Shown here: piece by piece, positions 8,601 through 16,400 of the stretch | Layout of the letters: each line of letters begins with the position of its first letter | Numbering within the stretch: position 1 is the first letter of the stretch | DNA from: Xanthomonas campestris pv. campestris str. ATCC 33913 | GTDB taxonomy: Bacteria > Pseudomonadota > Gammaproteobacteria > Xanthomonadales > Xanthomonadaceae | Assembly: GCF_000007145.1 (NCBI RefSeq) | Contig: NC_003902.1 | Location: 5,003,426-5,035,425, forward strand | Direction: 5' to 3' | Length of the DNA: 32,000 bases | The notes under the pieces: generated by a model | What the model was told of the DNA's origin: nothing | Databases searched by the model: none | Seen by the model: only the letters and a program-made list of their open reading frames with translations | Made by a program: the position numbers and the translations under genes

Positions 8601-9740
8601 CAGCGGCGAGCACGGCACGCGGTCGTGCGCGCCGTCCTTGCAGAATTCGCGCAGGCGCTGCGGCAGCAATTTGTCCAGATGGCCGCCGTCGTCCAGCACC
8701 CAATGCGCCTCGGCACTGCCCTGCCACAGTTGCTCGAAGGCCTTGTCGAAACTGGGGCGGCGCGCGCGGCGGCCATCGAAGATCTTGTGCTCGAACGCGG
8801 CGGCCACCGCGTCGTAGGCGGTATCGCCATGCGCACGCAACGCGGCCACCACGGCCTGCGCGGCGGCCTGGCGCGCGGGCTGCGGGTCCGGCGTTGGTGC
8901 GGCGACAGCGGGCAGCAATTCGGGCTGCTGCACCAGCGCGCGCAGGTCGCTGGCCAGGGCGGTGGGGCCGGCCGGCCACAGCGCCACCAGATCGGCGGCC
9001 ATGGCGGCATCGGCGGCGCGCTGCCGCCACAGGTCGGCGGCCACCTCGCCGAGCAGTTCGCGGTCGTTGGCCAGCAGTTGCGGCGCGGCAAAGGCCTGGC
9101 CGCTTTCCAGCGCGTGTTCGCGCAGCACGCGCGCGCAAAAGCCGTGGATGGTGAAGATGGCCGCCAGGTCGATTTCTTCCACCGCCTGCTGCAAGCGGCG
9201 GCGTAGCGCGGAGGGAGTCTCCGTGCCGGTGGCCAGGTGTGCGGTGAGGATGGCGCGGGTGAGGACGGCGTCGGGTGCGGCCGGGGCGTGTGGTTGCGGG
9301 GGTGTCTGCGCTGGCGGGTGCGACAGGTGATCGCTAGGTGCGGTCGCGGGCAGGACCATGTTGATCGCAGACGATGGCGCATCGCTCGCCTGCGTCTGGG
9401 TGGGTTCGGTCGCGGCCAAGGCCGCTCCTACACCAGCCGATGAGGCGTCGGGCAGCAGCGTTGTCTGCGCTTCGGTTGCGGCCGCGCCTGCGCGGGCGTC
9501 GGGGACCAGGGTGGCGGCCAGGGCCAGGCGCTCGCGGATGCGGCGGCGCAGCTCCTGGGTGGCGGCTTCGGTAAAGGTCACCGCCAGGATCTGGCCGATG
9601 CGCAGCTGCCGCTCCACCACCAGCCGCGTAAACAACGTGGCCAGGGTGAAGGTCTTGCCGGTGCCGGCGCTGGCCTCGATCAGGCGCACGCCGTGTAGCG
9701 GCAGGTGCAGATATGGGTCGGTCACGGGGCTGTTGCTCAT
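5622..9740 (-). CDS. recB: Exodeoxyribonuclease V beta subunit RecB (helicase-nuclease; about 1372 aa with low-complexity insertions)
   Basis: MSNSPVTDPYLHLPLHGVRLIEASAGTGKTFTL (Walker A), VTFTEAATQELRRRI, VDEFQDTD and the C-terminal nuclease motif GLIDLTYCADGRWYVLDYKSN are present. I prefer the ATG at 9740, which overlaps the recC TGA (ATGA at 9740-9737). The ORF-track start at 9767 is probably an upstream in-frame extension. Confidence 0.95.
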   Translation of the reverse strand: MSNSPVTDPYLHLPLHGVRLIEASAGTGKTFTLATLFTRLVVERQLRIGQILAVTFTEAATQELRRRIRERLALAATLVPDARAGAAATEAQTTLLPDASSAGVGAALAATEPTQTQASDAPSSAINMVLPATAPSDHLSHPPAQTPPQPHAPAAPDAVLTRAILTAHLATGTETPSALRRRLQQAVEEIDLAAIFTIHGFCARVLREHALESGQAFAAPQLLANDRELLGEVAADLWRQRAADAAMAADLVALWPAGPTALASDLRALVQQPELLPAVAAPTPDPQPARQAAAQAVVAALRAHGDTAYDAVAAAFEHKIFDGRRARRPSFDKAFEQLWQGSAEAHWVLDDGGHLDKLLPQRLREFCKDGAHDRVPCSPLFDALAVWQQADAVVRQWEGQRRIRLLHALRDDAVLQLAQRKRQRRVQTYDDLVDGVARALQGPQAEALVQRLRAQYAIALVDEFQDTDDRQWQIFSRVFGPEHGASGAAFAPDDDADFDNAAGTPPPRLLALIGDPKQAIYGFRGGDVQTYLAAATTAQRAPPLEHNFRSRPGVLAAIDALYAQAGYAEAFLTEGIAFHPVQPGTKRSDADLQRDDAAAPALTLWRAPAPPPPAKGKPKPWSAGRARELCTAACVAAIRGWLAGGRDGSASINGRPVQAGDIAVLVRSHGEATRIQQALGAVGIPAVAAGKQSLFATDEALELLALLQALLDPGDDSRLRAALATVLIGEDAAAIAALEHDGERHRRWQQQALDWRERWQRGGPLALVGDLGATHGQRLLALVDGERRLTNYLQLAELLQEADTRALGPHGLVDWLARRIANADDNDETQQLRLESDARRVQIVTLHKSKGLEYPLVFLPYIGIGRADKSPGRHCVVHAPPHGRQLHWNTSKWSADDTASWSTAETAWKHEQRAEDARLLYVGLTRAEHALWIATGAFHQHERTALAPMLRDPAALQASAGAGVIALDDTAPPATLPRLPADDAVQVPAARLAQRHVVPDWWVYSFTQLANADAGSDPMASATLASSGGSDEPPASEPVSAPAEVEAFDPRFAGNRFGVAMHDVFERCDFAAWRNWCPGQPAPEGQAAAILEALQRGGYAQDELDDGLAMLTRLVGHTLTVTLPEGTCLAAVPEPQRRNEMEFHFAMRPTRVDALLALLHRFGVVTERQAFGARQRLEGLMTGLIDLTYCADGRWYVLDYKSNRLPAYDPDALARAMAHSEYELQALIYTIALHRWLRFRLGASYDYARDFGGVRYLFCRGLDAARNPAADSSSILGSGSGSGSDSDSDSVNGASSVSGSDPASDAMSDTPAPNTPVPGIYAWRFDPALVQALDALFAGNPTEPLSSDALKPLSPRERGWGEGTSTTGTPTP
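5650..5688. repeat. REP-like hairpin element embedded in the last codons of recB, about 25 nt upstream of the recD start
   Basis: GTACCCTCACCCCAACCCCTCTCCCGAGGGGAGAGGGG, with stem CCCCTCTCC/GGAGAGGGG. It is translated as PLSPRERGWGEGT near the RecB C-terminus. Confidence 0.65.
5871..5912. repeat. In-frame hexanucleotide microsatellites in recB: (GGAGTC)x3 followed by (GGAACC)x4
   Basis: Read directly from the sequence. On the minus strand they encode GSGSGSGSDSDSDS in the RecB C-terminal low-complexity tail. Confidence 0.9.
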
Positions 9741-12700
9741 TCGGCGTCGTCCTGCGCGCCACGCCACTGGCGCCAGCTCTCGATCACGCGCGCGGGATCC
9801 AGCGGTGCCGGCGCGCTGCCGTCTTCGAGCAGCGCGAACAGCTGATGGCTGGTGCGGGCGAAGTCAACGAACTGCTGCGCATCACCGAACGGGTCGCGGC
9901 CACGGGTGACCAGGCGCAGCTCCGGGCTGTGCGATTCGCTCCAGCCGAAACTCGATTGCCACTGGCCGTGCGCGTCCTTGATGGCCTTGTCCAGTTCGTC
10001 GTTGCGGGCGGCCTGGTGGTATTTCCAGCTGCTGTACGGCGCGAACGCCAGCGGCGTCTGCAGGCCTTGCCGGTACAGCTGCAGCAATTCGCCCAGGGCC
10101 GCGCGTGCCTGCGTCTGCGACAGCGGCTCGGGGTCGATCGGATGCGGGCCCAGGCTGTCGTCGTGCTCGAAGAAACGCACGAACGGCACGCGCTCGCCGG
10201 CCGCGCGCAGCAGCAGCCATTCCAGGCCGTCGCGAATCGCGCTGCGGCCGCTGAGCGCGCCCACCTGCACACGCCCTACCCCGTTCGCATACCACCCGGG
10301 CACGCGGCCGTGGACGTTGGTACCGTCGATCTCCACCTGCAGCCGCTGCGACTGCGCCGGTGCCTCGCCACGCCACTGCCGAAATACGTCGGCATACGGG
10401 CGCAGCTGACGCAGGCGCTCATCGAGCTGGCGCCGCCCCAATGGGCCCGATGGCAGCAGTGCGCGCGCACGCAAGCGCTCGTACAGGCCGTCGGCATCGC
10501 CCGCCAAGGCGGCTTCGAACACCTGCTGCTGCAAGCCGTACTGCTCCAGCCCGCGGGTGGGCGCCAGCAGCGGCTCCAGGTCGCTGTCTTCGCCAGCCGG
10601 GTCCGGCAGCCGCATGCCCAGGCGATGGCGCAGGAACTGCCCGGCCGGGTCGGCGAACAGGCGGCGCAGGTCGTCGATCGAGACACTGGCCGGCAATACG
10701 CTGGCGTCGGCCGGCAACGCACCGGCCACCCACGGCGCCAGCGGCTGGCGTTGCCCGGCCAGGCTGTCTACCGCCGGCCGCCATTGCCGGCGGTAGCTGA
10801 AACGGCGCGGGTCGGCACCGTCTTCGCCCACCGCACCAAACGCGGCGGCAGCGAACGGCTGCAACGGGTGGCGCACCACCAGCGCATCGATCGCCTTTGG
10901 ATCGGCGTGGTACTGCGCGGCGCTGCCCAGCAGCTCGCTCACCAGCACCGAGGGTTCGCGCACCGTGCCATCGCGCGCATCGGCACCGAGATAGCTGAGA
11001 TAGAACACCTCCTGCGCGGAGGCGAACAACTGCAGGAACAAAAAGCGATCGTCTTCGCGGGTGGAGCGGTCGCCATGGCGGCGGCGCTCGGTGCCCAGTT
11101 CGGCGGTGAGGCGATTGAGCCCGGCAGCCGGGTCGCGGCGCGGGAAGTCGCCATCGTTCATGCCCAGCAGGCAGATGGCGCGGAACGGCAGCAGGCGCAT
11201 CGGCACCATGCGGCCGAAGCTGATGCCGCCGGTGAGCAGCGGCGCGCGCGTGTCCGACTCGCCCAGCACCGCGGCAAAGTGCGCACGCACCACCTCGGCT
11301 GGCACGTTGCCGGCGTACTCGGCGCGCACCGCGTCGCGGGCGAACTGGTCGATCAAGGTACGTAGCCGCTCCAGCGCGCGCTGCGCCCGCGGCGCCGAGG
11401 GGGCGGCCGGGATCAGCGCCTCCAGCAGGCCGAGCAGGCATTCGCGCCACTGCACCGGCGTCATCGCCTCGGCCAGCGCGGCCTGGTGGCGATCGAGCAC
11501 GCGCAGCAGCCGCAGCAAGGTGTCCAGCGCGGCCAGCGCGCTGCCTTCCAGCTGCGGCCAGGGCGCCACGCCGTCGATGTCGTCCTCGGCACCGCTGGCA
11601 TGGCCGAGCAGCAGGCGGTCCAGCGCAAAGCGCCAGGTGTAGGCATCGTCGCCAGGCGCCTGGTGCTGGCGCCGGTGCACCGCATCCAGCCCCCAGCGCG
11701 CGCCGGCGCCGTGCAGCCAGCCACGCAGGCGCTCCAGCCCGGCTTCGTCCAGCCCGGCGGCCTCGGCGATCGGTGCACTGGCCAGCAGGTCCAGGATCTC
11801 GTGCAGGCCAAAGCGCGAAATCGGCAGGCCCAGCAAGGTGAGGAACACATCGGCCAACGGCTCGCTGGCCAGCGGGCTGGCGTCGGCCAGTGCGTACGGC
11901 AGCCCGTCATCGCTGCCATGGCCACCGAACACCGCGTCCAGATACGGCACGTACGGGTCGATGTCCGGCGACAGCACCGCGATCTCGCGCGGCTGCAGCG
12001 GCGGGTCGAAGCGCGCATCGTCCAGCAACGCGCGCAGTTGGTCGTGCAGCACCTGCAGCTCGCGCAACCGCGTGTGGCAGGCGTGCACCTGCAGGCTGGG
12101 GTCGTGCAGGTTCACCGCCGGCAACACGGGCGGCACGGCCGGGGCGTGGCGATGGAACAGGTCGCTCTGCATGCGCCGCAGCAGGCTGTCGCCCAGGCCA
12201 CCCTCGGCCAGCGTGCGACGGCCGGCGTCCAGCGGGTCGGCGTAGGCGGCGATCTCGGCCAGCGGGTGCACCACTTCGTAATCGCCGACCAATGCCATGA
12301 AATCGCGCCCGGCCGCGCCCCAGGCCTGCAGCAACGGGTTTTCCTGCACCTGCTCGGCGAACAACGCCACCGCCCCGCCCTCGCGGCGGCGCTGCCACAG
12401 CGTCTGCAGATCGCCCCAATAGCCTTGCGTGGGCGTGGGCAGATAGAAATGCAGCGTACCCACCCGCGCCTGCGTGGCCAGCACGCGCAGCACGTCCGGG
12501 GACACATTGAGGATGGCGAAGGCAAACAACCGCTTCGGCAAACCCTGCGGCAGCGGGCCGTCCGGGCGCGCATAACGGTCCAGATACTGGCCGATGCGGC
12601 GCGCACGGTACTGCCGCCCGCCGGCGATGCTGCGCCACAGCCGCGCCTGCGGGTCGTCCGCGTCGGCACCGCTTTCCCAGCGCAGCAACCAGTCGCGCCG

Positions 12701-13141
12701 CCAGGCCTGGTATTTCTCGAACACGCTGCCCAGCTCGCCGGCCAGCGCCCACGGCTTGAGCGCATCGCCATCGGCCAGATACCCGGCCAACGGCGCCAAC
12801 GCCGCATCGCTGCCCAGCTCGCCTTGCAGGGTCTGGTACAGGCGCCACTGCGTGGTGGCCATGTCCAGGTCGTCGTCGGCCGGGCCGAGATTGCGCTCCA
12901 GCGCGCGCGCGACGAATTCGCCGGGCGTGAGGAATTCCAGATTCGCCGCCACCCCGTGCTCGGCCGCCAGCGTGGACTGCAGCCAGCGCCGCATCGCCAC
13001 CTGCGGAATCAGCACCACCTCCGGCTGCAACACCGGTTGTTCCGGCACCGGCCGGCGCAGTTCTTCGGCGAGCAAGGCGGCCAGGGTATCCAGCGCGTTG
13101 GACGGGTACAGACGGAAATCGGGCGCGGACGTGGCATGCAT
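9737..13141 (-). CDS. recC: Exodeoxyribonuclease V gamma subunit RecC
   Basis: The long ORF has a RecC-like N-terminus (MHATSAPDFRLYPSNALDTLAALLAEEL) and sits first in the recC-recB-recD order. I prefer the start at 13141; the ORF-track start at 13267 adds 42 atypical residues. Confidence 0.93.
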   Translation of the reverse strand: MHATSAPDFRLYPSNALDTLAALLAEELRRPVPEQPVLQPEVVLIPQVAMRRWLQSTLAAEHGVAANLEFLTPGEFVARALERNLGPADDDLDMATTQWRLYQTLQGELGSDAALAPLAGYLADGDALKPWALAGELGSVFEKYQAWRRDWLLRWESGADADDPQARLWRSIAGGRQYRARRIGQYLDRYARPDGPLPQGLPKRLFAFAILNVSPDVLRVLATQARVGTLHFYLPTPTQGYWGDLQTLWQRRREGGAVALFAEQVQENPLLQAWGAAGRDFMALVGDYEVVHPLAEIAAYADPLDAGRRTLAEGGLGDSLLRRMQSDLFHRHAPAVPPVLPAVNLHDPSLQVHACHTRLRELQVLHDQLRALLDDARFDPPLQPREIAVLSPDIDPYVPYLDAVFGGHGSDDGLPYALADASPLASEPLADVFLTLLGLPISRFGLHEILDLLASAPIAEAAGLDEAGLERLRGWLHGAGARWGLDAVHRRQHQAPGDDAYTWRFALDRLLLGHASGAEDDIDGVAPWPQLEGSALAALDTLLRLLRVLDRHQAALAEAMTPVQWRECLLGLLEALIPAAPSAPRAQRALERLRTLIDQFARDAVRAEYAGNVPAEVVRAHFAAVLGESDTRAPLLTGGISFGRMVPMRLLPFRAICLLGMNDGDFPRRDPAAGLNRLTAELGTERRRHGDRSTREDDRFLFLQLFASAQEVFYLSYLGADARDGTVREPSVLVSELLGSAAQYHADPKAIDALVVRHPLQPFAAAAFGAVGEDGADPRRFSYRRQWRPAVDSLAGQRQPLAPWVAGALPADASVLPASVSIDDLRRLFADPAGQFLRHRLGMRLPDPAGEDSDLEPLLAPTRGLEQYGLQQQVFEAALAGDADGLYERLRARALLPSGPLGRRQLDERLRQLRPYADVFRQWRGEAPAQSQRLQVEIDGTNVHGRVPGWYANGVGRVQVGALSGRSAIRDGLEWLLLRAAGERVPFVRFFEHDDSLGPHPIDPEPLSQTQARAALGELLQLYRQGLQTPLAFAPYSSWKYHQAARNDELDKAIKDAHGQWQSSFGWSESHSPELRLVTRGRDPFGDAQQFVDFARTSHQLFALLEDGSAPAPLDPARVIESWRQWRGAQDDAE

Positions 13142-13378
13142 GCGTGCGGCATTGTGCCGGATGCAGGCGAGATGCGCAGTCTGGGGAGGCGTATGCGTGC
13201 ATTGCGCACTGCGCCCCGCAGAGCGCAATGCACGTTGCCTGGTGCGGTCGCTACATCGCCACTGCAATGATCGCTGTCATGCCCTCTGTATGGACCTACA
13301 GCGCTGCACCACTAGTCCCGGCGACGGGCATACCCACTCGCCGGCTGCACGCTCCTAAGCGACGCACCCGACAAACGC

Positions 13379-13406
13379 GAAGGACCGTACATCTGCACGG
13401 CCCTTC
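13379..13406 (-). terminator. Hairpin downstream of the autotransporter gene (weak terminator candidate)
   Basis: GAAGGACCGT (13379-13388) and ACGGCCCTTC (13397-13406) form a 10-bp stem with one mismatch. The minus-strand transcript continues GCGTTTGT. Confidence 0.3.
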
Positions 13407-13436
13407 GCATTGCTCACTGCCCGTCGACAGACGCGA

Positions 13437-16400
13437 TCAGTATTTCTTTTCCAGGTTGATCATCCAGGTCTGATCGTTGCCGCTGTCGCCGTCGGTGATG
13501 CCGCGGTATTCCAGCCGCGTCGACAAGCCTTGTTCGGTCAGCAAGGCCGCACCGATACCGACCATCAGGCGGTTGCGATCGAACGCGTTCTGACCGGTGC
13601 GATACACCGGGCCACCGATGATGTCGGCATAGCCCAGCGTTGCGTCGCCGCGGCCCTGGAAGTCGCGCTGATACTCCACGCGGACCTGCGGGGTCAGGCG
13701 TCCCCAGGCCACATCGCGGCGCCATTCCAGGCGCAGGCCCAGGTTGCCGGTGGTGGTGGCCACATCCATGTCGTCATAGCGCAGCGCGAACGGCGCGATG
13801 CCATCTTCGACGTAGCCATCCAGGGTTGCCCGCGCCACATCCACCCGCGCATACGGGGTGATCTGCAGATTGCCGCGTTGCAGGTCTGCACCGCTGGACA
13901 GCGAGGCGATCCACTGCTTGCCGTCGCGGCTGCCTTCGGCCATCGAAGCGTCGTCGGTGACGAAACGACGCAGGTCGTAAGACAGCAACTGATAACCCAC
14001 CAGGGTGTCGAAGAAAAACGCCTTGCCCGGATGGAAGCTGGCATACAGCGCCATGGTGTAGGCGGTGGCCTTGGAGTGGCTGCCGTTCCTGCCTACATCG
14101 CTGTCGTCGCGGCCCCAACCCAGGCCCGCACCCACTGCCAGCGACGGCGCCAGCCGGTAGTCCGCACCCACGCTCAAGCCATCGGTCTGGAAGTCCACGC
14201 CGTTGGTGTTGGCCTGCCTGTCCAGGCTGCCGGAGCGGATCGCACCGCCCACCCACAGGCCCAGGTCGCCCTGGCCCTGCGCACCGCCGGTGCCGCCGGT
14301 CGCCATCGCTGGCGCATCGCGGAACTCGTTGTCGGCATCCTGGGTGTCCGGGCTGCACGGCTGCGCGCTGATGCCGCGATCGGCCTGGCGGCAATGCGAG
14401 GTCGGCTGGAAGGTCACCGCATTGCTCAGCGTGCTGCCGCCACGGTGGGTGGCTTCCAGACGGCGCTGGAAGTTGTCGATCTGCGCCTTGGCGAAGCGCC
14501 GCGTCGACTCGGACTGCGCATCGATCAGGCCACGCACTTCCGCATCCACACTCGGGTCGCGCCGCGGCGCCACGGTGAAGGTCACGCTTGCCGCCGCCGA
14601 GGTGGCGAACGCGTTGGACAAGGTGAACTGCACGGTGGCCTGACCGACGAAAGCCGGGTTCGCCACGAAGGTCAGCATGAAGCTGGGTGAAGAAGCCTGC
14701 GCAGTGGCCGCAGGCACAAAGCCGGAAGTGCGCGCCGCTGCCGCCGCTGCACCACCCACCTGGGTGATGGTGGCGGTCCCGGCCGAGGCCGGCAGCACTG
14801 CGACCACCGCGGCGGCCACGAACGGCCCGCCGGTGGCATCACGGGTCAGATCGACCTGCGAGGCCGCACCCGGCACCGCCTCGGCGGTGACCGACACGGC
14901 GATCGGGCGCGCATTGACGGCGATGGTCACCGTTGCTGCGGCCGAGGTTCCACCGCTGCCGGTGACCGTGTAGCTCACCACATCGGTGCCGACAAACCCG
15001 GCCGCCGGCGTGTACACCAGCTCCAGCCCATTGACCGCGGCGGTGCCGTTGGTCGGCGCGGTCGCAATGGCGATCGCAGTGATGTTGCCGGTGTCGTTGG
15101 CGGTCACTGGCACCGTCACCGCCGCATCGCTCATGGTCGCTGCGGTATCGGCCACGGCAACCGGGGCCGCCGTGCTCACCGTGAAGGTGTACGCCTGCGT
15201 CGCAGTAGCGTTGCCGGCATCGGCCACCGCGATGGTGAAGGACGTGCTGCCTTCGGCGGTGGGCGTGCCTGACAACACGCCGTTGCTCGCCAGCGTCAGT
15301 CCGGCCGGCAAGGTGCCGCTGGCAACGCTGTAGGTGTACGGCGCAACACCACCGGTGGCGGTCAACACCTGGCTGTACGGCGTACCGCGCACCGCTGGCG
15401 GCAGCGTGGGTTGACTAGGTACCAACGTGGCGCCGGCAATGCTCAGCGTGTAGCTCTGGTTGGCCTGCGCGGCCGGGCTGGGCGTGCTGTCGGTGACAGT
15501 CAGGGTGAAGTTGAACGTGCCAGACACCGTTGGCGTACCGCTGAGCGTGCCGGTCGCAGCGTCCAGCACCACACCGCTCGGCAATGCGCCCGCGGTCAGT
15601 GCATAGCTGTACGGCGCAGTGCCGCCGGTCACCGGCGAAATCGCCGCCGTGTAGGCCTGCCCCGCCGTACCGGCCGGCAAGTTGCTGGCCGGCAAGGCCA
15701 GGTTCGGGCTGGCCACCGTCAGTACATAGGCCTGCGACGCGGTGAAGTTGTTCGCGTCGGTCGCCGTCACGGTGAAATTGAAGCCGCCTTCCACCGTCGG
15801 GTTACCGGACAGCGTGCCGTTGCTGGCCAAGGTGAGGCCAGCTGGTGCACTGCCTGCGTTCACCTCATAGGTGTACGGCGCGGTGCCGCCGCTGGCGGTC
15901 AGTACTTGGCTGTAGGCCGTGCCGCGGGTTGCAGCCGGTAGCGCAGTGGGCGCGACCACGATGACAGGTGCCGCAATGCTCAGCGTGTAACTCTGGCTGG
16001 CCTGCGCAGCCGGGCTGGGCGTGCTGTCGGTGACAGTCAGGGTGAAGTTGAACGTGCCAGACAGGGTCGGCATGCCGCTGAGGCCGCCGGTCGCCGTATC
16101 GAGGACAACGCCGTTGGGCAATACGCCGGCGCTCAGTGCATAGCTGTAGGGCGCGGTGCCGCCGGTGGCAGGAGCAATCGTCGCCGCGTAGGCCTGCCCC
16201 GCCGTACCTGCCGGCAAGCTGCTCGCCGGCAACGCCAGGTTCGGGCCGGCCACCGTCACTGCATAGGCCTGCGAAGCGGTGAAGGTGTTTGCATCGGTCG
16301 CAGTCACGGTGAAGTTGAAGCTGCCTTCCACCGTCGCGGTGCCGGACAGCGTGCCGTTGCTGGCCAGGGTGAGGCCAGCCGGCACGTTGCCCGCGCTGAC

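Noticed and set aside
5748-9206. Very long antisense ORFs: 5748-9206 (+, 1152 aa), 9713-11365 (+), 11486-13270 (+), 13410-14690 (+), 3268-4284 (+), 22254-24020 (-, 588 aa), 23744-24829 (-), 28678-30183 (+), 29327-30334 (+)
   Set aside because: Each lies opposite a confidently identified gene (recB, recC, the autotransporter, recD, mlaEDC, rmuC). Their translations are Arg/Ala/Gly/Pro-rich low-complexity strings typical of stop-poor antisense frames in high-GC DNA, and no motifs were recognised.
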